64,000 nt of DNA from a bacterium (GTDB taxonomy: Bacteria > UBA8248): NCBI GenBank assembly GCA_965219955.1, contig OZ244799.1, forward strand, positions 2,720,001 to 2,784,000. Direction: 5' to 3'. Numbering within the stretch: position 1 is the first letter of the stretch; each line of letters begins with the position of its first letter. Position numbers and translations under genes: made by a program. The notes under the pieces were generated by a model, which worked only from the letters and a program-made list of their open reading frames with translations, was not told where the DNA came from and searched no databases. Of this stretch, positions 8,778 to 20,016 are shown in pieces.

Positions 8778-10133
8778 CTACCCCTCCAGGTCCATGCCGA
8801 ACTGGCCGGCGAGGTGGGTGATGAGCTTGCCGGCGGCGTCATCGCTCATCCAGCCGCGCGCGGTGGCCGTCTCGAGCGCCGTGCTCACGCGCAGGAGCGC
8901 CTCGGACATCTTCTCGGTGTCGCGCACGGAGATATCCGGCAGAACGGGCGAGACGCCCGAGCGCAGCGCCTCATCAGAAAGCGCGCCCGCGCGCCGGGCT
9001 TCTTCGAGTTGTTTATCCGCCATGGCTTGCAGGATATGGCGCACGGTGCGCTGGCGGCGCGTCATCTTCTTCAAGGTGGGCTGATCCATCGACTCCGCCG
9101 AAGCGCGGTTCACGTCCTCTCCCTGGGCGAACCAGTGGGAGGGAACGCCCACGCCGCCCAGGAGCAGGCCCCGCATCATCTTGGCGATGCCCTGCGCGCC
9201 GGATTCGCCTCCCTTCAAGTCGGGCGAGACGGCCTGCCACTCCTCTTTTTCGTTGTGCACGCGCACGCTCGAGGGCTTGGGCGCGACGCCGTTCTCGGCG
9301 AGCCACTCGGCTATCTTCTCGGGGCCTGCGCCCTTCAAGGTCACGTCGTAGATGAAGCTGTTCTGCAGGCGCGCACGCTCGACGGCGTCGAAGATGAAGC
9401 GCTCATAGGTGTCTATCCAGTCGATGGCGGCGAGCAGGTCCGAAGCGCCCCGCGCGGCGTCGCTCGCCTTGTTGATCTGGAACAGGAACGCCTCCCCGTC
9501 CGTGAAGCGCGCACGCTCCCGCCGGGCGGAGGCGCTCAGATAGCCGCGCGGGTCGCCGCCCAGGACCGTTCTGACCCGCTTGCCCTTGCGCGCCGCGCCA
9601 CCCGGCCCCTGGGCGCGCAGGACGACTCCGATCGGTAGAGCGCAGTTGTCCGGGTCCGTCACCACCTCTTCTATCAGGCGCGGGCTGACGTAGCCCAGGC
9701 GGACGCGCCCCTCAAAGCGCGAGACGGCGACGGGCAGGAGAAGTTCCCCGAAGATGCCGAGTTCGGAGACCAGCCGCTCGAAGCGGATGTCCATCTGGTT
9801 CACGGGGTCGCTCCAGAACGCCCTGACTGCCTGCAGGGCGCGCTCATCCTCGGAATGCCAGCTCACTCCCTCGCCCACGACGTGATCCGTCACGATCTCG
9901 ATGAGGCGCTGGCCCATGAGGTTCGTGAGCCATAATTCATACGCCAGCGCCTGCATGCGGGTGTGGGTGTAGGGCGAAACCCCGCCGCGCCCCTCGCCGA
10001 GGGGCCGCCAGATTCTCTCGTCCGGATCGATCGCCGCGCTCATCCGCCCTGAACGCTGCGCGGCCTCCCCTTTTCTCTTGAGTCGCGACTTCCGCCCGGG
10101 GGCCTTCACCCTCTTTGCACTTTCCATCTTCAT
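8778..10133 (-). CDS. Phage portal-like protein
   Basis: LAYELWLTNLMGQRLIEIVTDHVVGEG, GIFGE, INKASDAARGASDL, GVGVPSHWF...DVNRASA: portal-type pattern. Directly downstream of the terminase genes. Confidence 0.75.
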   Translation of the reverse strand: MKMESAKRVKAPGRKSRLKRKGEAAQRSGRMSAAIDPDERIWRPLGEGRGGVSPYTHTRMQALAYELWLTNLMGQRLIEIVTDHVVGEGVSWHSEDERALQAVRAFWSDPVNQMDIRFERLVSELGIFGELLLPVAVSRFEGRVRLGYVSPRLIEEVVTDPDNCALPIGVVLRAQGPGGAARKGKRVRTVLGGDPRGYLSASARRERARFTDGEAFLFQINKASDAARGASDLLAAIDWIDTYERFIFDAVERARLQNSFIYDVTLKGAGPEKIAEWLAENGVAPKPSSVRVHNEKEEWQAVSPDLKGGESGAQGIAKMMRGLLLGGVGVPSHWFAQGEDVNRASAESMDQPTLKKMTRRQRTVRHILQAMADKQLEEARRAGALSDEALRSGVSPVLPDISVRDTEKMSEALLRVSTALETATARGWMSDDAAGKLITHLAGQFGMDLEG

Positions 10134-10777
10134 CTCCTCTTGAGAATCCGCTTGTTCAGAGCCTGCGGCATCACCGTTCCCCCGGCGAGGGGGACCAGTA
10201 TTCCCTCGCTCTGCGCCAGGGATTCGGCCAGCCGCGCATAGGCGCAGGCGAAGCCGAAGTGGTTCTCGTTCCGCTCATACGCCAGCACCGTCTCACCGGA
10301 GGAGCGGATGCGCGGTTTTTTCCTCAAATTCATCAGGTGACGCTCCACCTCGGCGAGGAGCGCCTCCTCCCCGGTGTCCCCGGGACTCGGCAGCAGGACC
10401 CGCCCGGCCCCTTCGTGAAACTCCTCGACCAGGTGATCCAAAAGGTCTTCGCGGTCCATCCGCACGTGGCGGCGCTCGACGCCCAGAAACGAGACGTCCC
10501 TGGTCTGCATCTCCCCCTCGGTGTGCCGCCAGATGAAGCCGCCCTCGGGGTTCAGGTCGTACACCGCGCGCGCGGACTGGGTGTGGGGTCCGCCGTCTAT
10601 GACGAACGCTTCCACCCCGAGACCCGAGAACACGGCGCGGCACCGCTCGACGAGCCGCTCGATGGGAGGCGCTTCGAAATAAATCCACCGGGCGGGCCGG
10701 CCCTCCTCGCGCTCGCGCACCGCGACCGCGCATACGTCCCCCGTATCGATTCCGCAGAAACGATAGCCCGCGCTCAT
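10130..10777 (-). CDS. Terminase large subunit, C-terminal RNase H-like nuclease domain (separate gene)
   Basis: GIDTG, VIDGGP and ENHFGFACAYA motifs. Has its own GGAGG RBS 7 nt before an ATG that overlaps the upstream TGA. Confidence 0.65.
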   Translation of the reverse strand: MSAGYRFCGIDTGDVCAVAVREREEGRPARWIYFEAPPIERLVERCRAVFSGLGVEAFVIDGGPHTQSARAVYDLNPEGGFIWRHTEGEMQTRDVSFLGVERRHVRMDREDLLDHLVEEFHEGAGRVLLPSPGDTGEEALLAEVERHLMNLRKKPRIRSSGETVLAYERNENHFGFACAYARLAESLAQSEGILVPLAGGTVMPQALNKRILKRR

Positions 10778-11832
10778 GCGGGCGCCTCCGCCAGGTGGTA
10801 GGGTGCGGCGTTGCGCAGACTTCTAAGCAGTTCATGCGAAATCGGCTGGGTGTCACCCGCATCAGGGATGGCGAGCGACGAGCAGCGAAAGCGCGCCTTT
10901 TCGCTCGGAAGAGAGGCGGCGGCCCATTTCGCCGCGACCCGGTCCAGACGCACCGCGCCGACCGCAAGCTGGGAGAGGCGATAGCTCCTGTGCTGGGGTC
11001 TCACGCGCGCGGCTTTCCACCGTCCCGCCCCCCTGTCGAGCGCGCCGCCGCAGTCCGGGCAGACGAGGCCATTTGCACACAGGATCCCCGGCCAGTGCTC
11101 CTCCGGAACGCTCTCGGCGCGGCATGTCGGACACCTCACGCGCCAGCGTCTTTGATCCCCACCCTCGTACATGGCGTGAATGCCGGCGCCCGGGGTTCTC
11201 CCCACGGCCAGGTTGAACGTCAGGGCGAGAGGGGAGGCGTCGATGCGGTCGTTCGACCACTTGAGGTTGTCCGGCGGAAGATCGTCCACCTCGTCGCGGA
11301 CAAGCACGTCGAGCGGGATGGATATGGCGTTGCCGATGTCCCTGAGACCCAGGATGTACAGAAAACGCGAACCCCCGCGGCCGGGGAACTCCTTCAAGCC
11401 CTTGGGGGATGCGCCCTTGTATTTTCCCTCGCGCATGATCGAGGCGATACTTTCGTTTCGAATCACCGGGCGCACGCGCGTCTGATCGAAGCGGTCCGCG
11501 AAATCCTGATCCGGCAGAAAATAGCCCACGTTCAGGCGGTGGACGATGACGCAGTAGAGCGCGAAACCGATGGCGAGGGTGGTCATGCCCACCTGCGCGC
11601 CCTTCAGGACGCTGATGGTCCGATCGGGCGTGCGTTTTCCGAGAACCTCGTCGAGCGCGGCGGCGGGCTCCAACAGCGCCTCTCTGCCTTTGAAGGTGAA
11701 AGCGCCGTTATCGGTCGACACCTCGCTCGTCAGAAACCGGGCCAGCCCCTGCATCCCGCCCGAAAAACGCGACGCGCCGTCCGCCGCGAGGTCCATGCCG
11801 GGCGTCCGAATGATTTTCAGGGACTTTCGCAC
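10774..11832 (-). CDS. Terminase large subunit (GpA-like), ATPase + Zn-ribbon portion
   Basis: Walker A-like KGAQVGMTT, Walker B LVRDEVD, and GDQRRWRVRCPTC...CPDCG...GRW characteristic of the lambda GpA family. GGAGGAG RBS before GTG. Confidence 0.8.
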   Translation of the reverse strand: MRKSLKIIRTPGMDLAADGASRFSGGMQGLARFLTSEVSTDNGAFTFKGREALLEPAAALDEVLGKRTPDRTISVLKGAQVGMTTLAIGFALYCVIVHRLNVGYFLPDQDFADRFDQTRVRPVIRNESIASIMREGKYKGASPKGLKEFPGRGGSRFLYILGLRDIGNAISIPLDVLVRDEVDDLPPDNLKWSNDRIDASPLALTFNLAVGRTPGAGIHAMYEGGDQRRWRVRCPTCRAESVPEEHWPGILCANGLVCPDCGGALDRGAGRWKAARVRPQHRSYRLSQLAVGAVRLDRVAAKWAAASLPSEKARFRCSSLAIPDAGDTQPISHELLRSLRNAAPYHLAEAPA

Positions 11833-12072
11833 GGGGACTCCTCCAGTCCAGGGATGCCGCGCGCATCCTCACGGGGGAGGAATATAGGGGATGGGGCCTG
11901 TAAGCCCTGACGCGCAAATGCGGGGAAATGCGCGCTTCGGCGCTCCTTGCACCGCGAATCCGCCTGAGTCTGAAATCGTCTTCGGCCCGCTCGGTGATGA
12001 GCTCGTCTTTTTGATCAAGCGCGTATCCGGAACCTTTGAAACCGAAACGCCGGGCAACCTCTTGCCGTAAGC

Positions 12073-12449
12073 GGCTGTTGAAAAACCTCGTTTTGTGCGG
12101 CCGGTATTGGGTGTTACGCGACGGCCCTCCTTCCTGCCGCGCAGGCGGCAACGAAACCTCATCCTGAGTAGGCGCGATAGCGCCGTATCGAAGGTTTGAC
12201 CCGACCGAAGAGGAAGGGTCAAAAGGCGCCTCCCGGCGTGCGGAGCAATCGCTTCCGCATTGGGCGCGATTGACCTTCGATACAAACACTCCTTTCTCAG
12301 TCGCGTTTGACCTTCAGCGGCTACTCAGGGTGAGGGGTGTCGGGGGTCGGCGGAGCCTGTCCCCAGCGAAGTCGAGGGAGCCTGTCCTGAGCCTGTCGAA
12401 GGGCCGCTACTCAGGATGAGAGAGATGTGAGGACTTTTTCAACAACCTC
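12073..12449. mobile_element. MITE-like non-coding element
   Basis: Inverted ends GGCTGTTGAAAAA / TTTTTCAACAACC, the same family as 1896/2327. Internal palindromes, no ORF. Confidence 0.55.
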
Positions 12450-12889
12450 CGTAAGCCGTTGATCGCGCCCCCGACTTCCTGTAAATCCCTCCTTGAAACG
12501 ATGTCGAATGAAAGGGCAGGGCTCGCCGTGCCCTTCTTGTAACCGGGCGCGTGCTACACAGGCGGCGCTCCTGATGGTATAGTGGGGGCTACACTCATCC
12601 ATCGCCCAGGAATGTTCTGGAGACGATTGGGGGCTTCCCCCGCGAGGAATCCCTATTTTCCTTGACTGAACGGCCGGCTTCGACACCCTTCGGGGCGCGA
12701 AACCATCTCAAGGAGATTGGTGTATGCGTCGCGCCACGATGAGGATCAAGCCCGGAGGCGTCGGGAAAACACCGACCGGGTGAAGTGGGGGCCGCATCTA
12801 CGCGGCGGAAGGCGGGTGGAACCGCCGCTTCAAGCCCGAACAAAAATTTTATGGATTATTGTTTCAATTTCTAAAGGAGGTTCAAAAAG

Positions 12890-14173
<1,284 letters not shown>

Positions 14174-14187
14174 GCCGTTCAGGAAAA

Positions 14188-14212
14188 GACCCCGGGGCGC
14201 GTCCCCGGGGTC
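14188..14212 (+). terminator. Hairpin downstream of amtB
   Basis: GACCCCGGGG-cgcgt-CCCCGGGGTC perfect stem. The U-tract is weak. Confidence 0.45.
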
Positions 14213-14246
14213 GCGCGTTCCCGCGAAAGCACAGCCTCCCCTATTC

Positions 14247-14687
14247 GGGATTGTTGGAAAAGTCCTTGCGGGCCGTGGTGGTTCTGTAGGGGTCGCATAC
14301 ATGCGACCCGTGTTCCAACGGCAAAAAGCAGGGACGCATGTATGCGTCCCCTACGGAGGGCTGTTTAAAAAATCTCGATCTGCGAGGTTCCGACTCGTCA
14401 GATGAAAGAGCGAGAAACACTCCCCCCTTGAGGGGGCCGTTGAAAAAACCCCTCGATGCAGGAAAACCACCGTCATTCCGGCGAAAGCCGGAATCCATTT
14501 TATGATTTTTGCTTTCGTTTTCGCATTTGATTCCGACTCGCGGGAGGGAGCGTCGCGCCCGAATCCGGAACGGATGAGGCAAATATATATGGCGGCGTCC
14601 GTATCTTCTCCGGTCGGGAGAGAGGACGTCCGGGCGAAAGGCCGAAGACAAAGGCGAAAATGGATTCCGGCTTTCGCCGGAATGACG
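14247..14687. repeat. Second REP/MITE cluster
   Basis: GTAG-tagged doublet 14286-14354 closely matching 1941-2010. CGTC pair 14471-14496 / 14662-14687 identical to 2043/2185. Three TGTTGAAAAA-like ends. Confidence 0.8.
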
Positions 14688-14888
14688 AACAAACATATAA
14701 ATCAAATCACCCGGCATGTCAATCGTTCGACTGGCCACGCCCGGATGGCATAACCGACTGATAATACTTGATTAAATAACATATCTTTCGAATTTCCCCT
14801 CTTGCGTTTTCGTCATATTTATGCTTGAATACGCTCTCGTTTGACGTCGCTTGTATGCGATTTGATTACATATTTGTCCGGAGGACAC

Positions 14889-16068
14889 ATGCCGAGAAGA
14901 AGCGAATTCAGGCTCACCAAGCGCGCGGTCGACGCGCTCTCCGTCAAGGAGAAGGACGCCGTTTTCTGGGACCGGGACCTGGCAGGCTTCGGGGTGCGGG
15001 TGCACGCAACGGGGCGTAAGGTCTACGTGGTGCAGTCGAGAGGACCCAGGGGTCCCGTGCGCGTGACGCTCGGCCGCCACGGGGCGCTCTCGTGCGATGA
15101 GGCCAGGAAACGCGCCGCGCCCGTAATCGACCGGATCAGGCGGGGCGAGGAGCCCCTCTCCGGAGAGGCGGAACCCGCTCCCACGGTGGCGGACCTGGCC
15201 GAACGCTTCATGCGCGAGTACGTCGCGAGGCGCTGCAAGCCGTCCACGGCGCCCAAGTACCGCTCCGTGCTCGACAACCATATCCTGCCGGCGCTGGGTC
15301 CGATGAGCGTGGCAGACGTGGGCAGGGCGGAGGCCGCGGCGCTCCACCACGCCCTTCGTGCGACGCCGGGGACGGCGAACGCGGCGATAGACGTGCTCAA
15401 GCGGATGTTCGCGCTTGCCGAGGCGTGGGAACTGGCGCCGCCCGGCCGGAACCCGTGCCGGAGGCTTCGCCGCTACAGGACGCGCAAGCGGGAGCGGTTC
15501 CTGACGCAAGAGGAATACCGGCGCCTGGGCCGTGTGCTCGCAGAGGCGCAAGGCGAGTTCTGGCCGCCCGCGCTCGGGGCGATCAGGGTTCTCCTCCTGA
15601 CGGGATGCCGGAGGGACGAGGTGCTGAACTTGCACTGGGACGACGTGGACCGCGCGGCAGGGGAACTGAGACTCAAGGACACGAAGACGGGACCGCGGAT
15701 GGTGCCGCTGACGGGGCCTGTGCTCGAAGTGCTGGACGGGGTTCCACGAAAGCCTGAAAATCCCTGGGTGTTCCGCGCCCAGCGGGGGGAGAATCGAATT
15801 TCGAACCTCTACCACTACTGGAAACCCCTGCGGGCGCGGGCGGGGGCTCGGGGAGGTGAGGCTTCACGACCTGCGCCACTCGTATGCGAGCCGGGCGCTC
15901 GCGCTGGGTGAGGGGCTGCCCGTGATCGGGGCGCTGCTCGGACACGGCGAGGTAGCGGCGACGGCGCGCTACGCGCACCTGATGCGAGACGCCGAGCGGG
16001 CGGCGGCCGCCCGTGTGGGGGAGAGCATCGGCGTCCACGTCGCGAACGGGAGGACGGGCGCCTCATGA
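14889..16068 (+). pseudogene. Tyrosine recombinase/integrase (Arm-DNA-binding N-terminus), +1 frameshift
   Basis: WDRDLAGFGVRV, TGCRRDE and KTG lie in one frame; HDLRHSY, LLGH and TARY lie in another. One extra G in the run at 15842-15846 separates them (may be a sequencing indel). Confidence 0.85.
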
Positions 16069-17225
16069 GTACGATCTCGAACCGGATGGTGGGGAAACTG
16101 AAAGTGGCGAAAGACACTGTCTTCTGGGATAAGGAGCTCACCGGCTTCGGGGTCAGGGTCTATCCCACGGGGAGCAAGGTCTATATCGCGCAGGCGCGGG
16201 GGCCTGCGGGACCGAGACGGGTGACGGTCGGCCGCCACGGCGTAATCAACGCCGAGGAGGCGAGAAGGCGCGCGGCTCTCCTCATCGCGCAGATCAAGGC
16301 GGGCAGCGAGGCTGTTCCCAAGCCGCTCAGTCCCAGGGCCGGGCCCACCGTGGCCGAACTCGCCGGGCGCTACATGGCGGAACACGTCGAGGTAAGGTGC
16401 AAGCCGCGCACGGCCGCCGCGGTCCAGGTGGCGCTCAGGGCGCACGTGTTGCCCGCCCTGGGGAAGATGCCGCTCGCATCGCTCGAACGCTCGCGGGTGG
16501 CGGCGCTCCACCGGGGACTCCACGAGACGCCGGCGGCGGCGAACGCGGCGCTGCGGGTACTCTCCTCGATGTTCGAGGCGGCAGGCGACTGGGGGCTCGT
16601 TGCCGAGGGGACGAACCCGTGCCGCGGGGTCGCGCAATACCCCCGCCGCAGGCGGGAGCGGTTCCTCACGGAGGCGGAGTTCGAACGGCTGGGATGCGCG
16701 CTCGACGCGCTGGAGGCGGAGGGCGGCGCGTCCGCCTGCGCCGTGGCCGCCGTCAGGCTCCTGATGCTGACCGGGTGCCGGAAGTCCGAGGTCCTCTCGC
16801 TTCGCTGGGAGGACGTGGCGCTCGAAGAAGCGGAACTGAGGCTCGCGGACTCCAAGACGGGCGCGCGCGTGGTCCCGCTGCCACCGGCGGCTGTCGAACT
16901 GCTCGCCGCCCTCCCGCGTCTTCCCGGAAATCCCTGGGTCATCCCGGGCGCGAAGCCGGGCGCGCGCCTGAGCGGGCTCGATCACGCCTGGCGAAAGGTC
17001 CGGGCGCGGGCGGGTCTGGAGGACGTGCGGGTCCACGACCTGCGCCACTCCTACGCCTCGAGGGCCCTGGCGCTGGGCGAGAATCTGGCCATGATCGGGA
17101 AGCTGCTGGGCCACTCCCACATACAGACCACGGCGCGCTACGCGCATCTCGCGCGCGACACGGTGCGCGAGGCCGCGGAGCGGATAGCGCGGAGCATCGC
17201 GGCCGACCTGCCGGACGGGCGCTAG
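16065..17225 (+). CDS. Tyrosine recombinase/integrase, intact paralogue
   Basis: [41 protein letters not shown] overlap with the upstream integrase. Confidence 0.95.
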   Translation: MSTISNRMVGKLKVAKDTVFWDKELTGFGVRVYPTGSKVYIAQARGPAGPRRVTVGRHGVINAEEARRRAALLIAQIKAGSEAVPKPLSPRAGPTVAELAGRYMAEHVEVRCKPRTAAAVQVALRAHVLPALGKMPLASLERSRVAALHRGLHETPAAANAALRVLSSMFEAAGDWGLVAEGTNPCRGVAQYPRRRRERFLTEAEFERLGCALDALEAEGGASACAVAAVRLLMLTGCRKSEVLSLRWEDVALEEAELRLADSKTGARVVPLPPAAVELLAALPRLPGNPWVIPGAKPGARLSGLDHAWRKVRARAGLEDVRVHDLRHSYASRALALGENLAMIGKLLGHSHIQTTARYAHLARDTVREAAERIARSIAADLPDGR

Positions 17226-17327
17226 CGCATCGCGTCCCGCAGGGCCTTGCCCGCCTTGAAGGACGGCGTCTTCGAGGCGGCGATGGCGATGGACTCCCCC
17301 GTGGCGGGGTTTCGTCCCTGACGCGCC
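17222..17327 (-). pseudogene. HU C-terminal remnant
   Basis: [34 protein letters not shown], nearly identical to the C-terminus of HU at 27663. Confidence 0.8.
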
Positions 17328-17509
17328 GGAGGGGCCGGGCGGCGCCCGCCGTCCCCGCCCCGGAACGCGCAGCGCAAGGGATAAGCCCGAGCCCGCGGCT
17401 CGTGAGCTTCGCCCGCGTCCCGGCCCGGCGAGGTCGAGGGAGAGCGTCTCACGGCTCCCCTCGCGCCGGACCACCCGGCCCCCGTTCCCGTTTTCCGAAG
17501 GGCGCCACC
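17324..17509. repeat. Structured non-coding direct repeat, copy 1
   Basis: Near-identical to 28081-28256 (GCCGGAGGGGCCGGGCGG...GGACCACCCGGCCCCCGTTCCCGTTT). Confidence 0.85.
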
Positions 17510-17559
17510 ATGGCGCGATCGGGTTGCACGGCCTGATCCGCGCATCTGACGGCGAGGTG

Positions 17560-17961
17560 CTATTCGTCGAAGTGGTAGTCGATCTGGTCGAAGCGGTCCC
17601 GCGCGAACGAGAATACCAGGATGAGCGATTCTGTGCCGGTGCAGTGCAGCGTGTGCCTGGCATTGGGCGGAATATAGGCGGCGCATCCGGGGCCGACGTC
17701 GGCCGCGCGGTCGTCGATTTCCATGCGCCCGCGCCCCTGCACGATGTAATAGGTCTCTTCCGGTCCGTGGTGATGCAGCAGGAGCCGCTCGCCCGGCGGG
17801 ATCTCCGCGATGCCGGTGACGAGCCCGGCGCTCTCGGTGCGTTCGCCCGCGGTCAGGAGTTTCCAGCGGATGGCGCTGCGCGCGGCGACATCGGCATCCT
17901 CCCACCCTTCCCAGGGCAAATCCGCCTGGTCGATGATGACGGGCCGCGTCTGTGTTCTCAT
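17560..17961 (-). CDS. Cupin-domain protein, DddW/DddK-like DMSP lyase candidate
   Basis: EGWED...IRWKLL...[24 protein letters not shown]...G.G...AYIPPNARH...[15 protein letters not shown] parallels the DddK/DddW layout. Confidence 0.7.
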   Translation of the reverse strand: MRTQTRPVIIDQADLPWEGWEDADVAARSAIRWKLLTAGERTESAGLVTGIAEIPPGERLLLHHHGPEETYYIVQGRGRMEIDDRAADVGPGCAAYIPPNARHTLHCTGTESLILVFSFARDRFDQIDYHFDE

Positions 17962-18509
17962 CGTTACTCGCCCTTTCTTCGGCGTTTTGCACAACGGCGG
18001 CTGGAAGTCCTGCCGAACCCGAAGCGGCCGTTGCGAAGACGTCCTTCGCGCATTTACCGTCCCGCCGAAGCGGCGCAGGCGGACGAAACAAATGTGGGTC
18101 GGGATGACAAGGATTGCAACTGATTTTTTTGGAAATCCCCTGATTTTCCAGGCAATTTGTGATTATTTTATCTCGATTTGCATATTTTTCTCTCCGAAGC
18201 CATCGTCACCGGCCGGGAGGTAGAGGGTGCGGGGGCGAGGCCGATATCAGGGGTTTCGGTTCCCAGGGGACTTGCGAACTCCCTCACCGGAAACTCCTCC
18301 GGCTCTCCTCCCGTGTCGTTCGCCGGGAAAAGAAAAGATATTGAAAAGTCACAAAATATTTGCCTCGGCTACTCTAAAAGTGCTAAACTGCAGGCAGCAT
18401 TAAGTGACTGCCGGGAAAATTCCCTTGGTCCTAAAAGACACCGCTCCACGTATTGTATTCTCGGTTGGCGTCCATGACGCCTTTCAGACCTGCCACGAGG
18501 GGGTGAACG

Positions 18510-19820
18510 ATGAAAAATCGGACAAATCGTTTCGGTTTGGCGCTTCTTGGATGTGTAACAGCCCTGGCGTTGTTTGTCGCACCGGCCGCCGGGGGTGAAA
18601 TCGACGATCTCAAGGCGCAGATCAAGGCGCTCATGAATCGGCTCGAAGCTCTCGAATCCCGGGAGAAGAAGATGAAGGCCGATATGATGGCCGCCCAGGA
18701 TGCCGCCCGGAAAAAGGCTGTGGCTACCGGCGACTTCCCGGGCTCCTGGAAGATGCCGGGATCGAACACTTCCGTCTCCTTCAGCGGCTACGTCAAGCTC
18801 GACGCTATTTATGATTTAGACCAGGACCTGGGCGATTCCTTTTTCGGCTATGACTGGGCAGGCGGCGCGAGCGGCATACTCCTGGAAGGCGATGACAGTG
18901 GTCAACGCAAAGCCTCCCTGCACGCCAGGCAGACGCGCCTGCGCTTCGACAGCCTGACGCCGACAAAAACGGGTGACCTCAAGACCCGGATCGAAACCGA
19001 TTTCTACGGTGGCGGCAACGCCCTGCGCCTGCGTCACGCCTACGCCTCTCTGGGCGGGGTGCTGGCGGGACAGACCTGGACGACGTTGATGGATGCGAAC
19101 ACCTACGCCGACACGGTGGACTTCGAAGGTCCTGTGGGCGTGGTGGCAACGCGCCGGCCTCAAGTCCGCTACAGCCAGGCGGTGGGGAAGAATCTCACGA
19201 TGCAGGTGGCGCTCGAGGATCCAAGCGCCCCGACTATCCTGATGGGCGGCGGAAAAACGTCCTCCCAGGAGCGGATTCCGAACCTTGTGGCGGCTCTGCG
19301 AATGAAAACGAGTTGGGGCGCCATCAACGTGTCCGGGTTGCTGGGGCAGGTTCTCTACGAGGAAGGCGCGACGGAAGAAAGTGTCACAATGAGCGCTCTC
19401 CACCTCGGCGCGAACATCGGCCTGGGCAAGGCCACCCGCCTTTGGGGCACGTTCAACGTCGGCCAGGGCGGATTGGACCAGTCCATGCTGGGAGCGCCCG
19501 CCGCCGCTGTCTTGAGCGCAAACAACGAACTGGAAGCGCTGGATTCCATGGGCGGTTTCGTCGGCCTCACGCATAACTGGACCGGCGCTGTGAGTTCGGG
19601 CCTGTATTACGGCTGGGTGGAGAACGATTTTGACGATGCCGCCAAGGCGGCGTATCCGGCCCTCAGCCAGTCGCTCCAGACGGTGCACGCCACCATCTGG
19701 TGGTCACCCGCGCCCAAGACGAGGATTGGTGCGGAGATCATTCAGGGATGGCGCGAGACGAACGGCGGCGAGGAGGGCGACGCGACGCGCCTGCAGTTGG
19801 GTTTCGTGTACAGCTTCTAG
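18510..19820 (+). CDS. DcaP-family outer-membrane porin
   Basis: Signal peptide, N-terminal coiled coil, GDFPGSWKMPG, SGYVKLD, RLRHAY, GQTW, terminal YSF. Confidence 0.85.
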   Translation: MKNRTNRFGLALLGCVTALALFVAPAAGGEIDDLKAQIKALMNRLEALESREKKMKADMMAAQDAARKKAVATGDFPGSWKMPGSNTSVSFSGYVKLDAIYDLDQDLGDSFFGYDWAGGASGILLEGDDSGQRKASLHARQTRLRFDSLTPTKTGDLKTRIETDFYGGGNALRLRHAYASLGGVLAGQTWTTLMDANTYADTVDFEGPVGVVATRRPQVRYSQAVGKNLTMQVALEDPSAPTILMGGGKTSSQERIPNLVAALRMKTSWGAINVSGLLGQVLYEEGATEESVTMSALHLGANIGLGKATRLWGTFNVGQGGLDQSMLGAPAAAVLSANNELEALDSMGGFVGLTHNWTGAVSSGLYYGWVENDFDDAAKAAYPALSQSLQTVHATIWWSPAPKTRIGAEIIQGWRETNGGEEGDATRLQLGFVYSF

Positions 19821-20016
19821 GATTTCACTGCGGGGGCTGCAGGGTCCGGTCGGGCCAGGAGAGCCGCGTCGTTCGGCGCGTGGGCGCCGACCGGCGAAAA
19901 GGTTGCTCCCGGTTACGGGCTCCTTCGCGTTTCCGCATCGCCTTTGTCGTGGCGAAAACCCGCCTCCGGTCAGCAAGGGGCGCAACACGCTCCATCGCTC
20001 GTTCATTTCGTGCGGC

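Noticed and set aside
7874-12450. Intact prophage
   Set aside because: Only terminase halves and portal are present. No capsid, tail, lysis, integrase or replication genes.
18205-18330. Lysine riboswitch-like start (GAGGTAGAGGGTGCG) upstream of the porin
   Set aside because: The remaining conserved riboswitch elements were not recognisable. Only generic hairpins are present.
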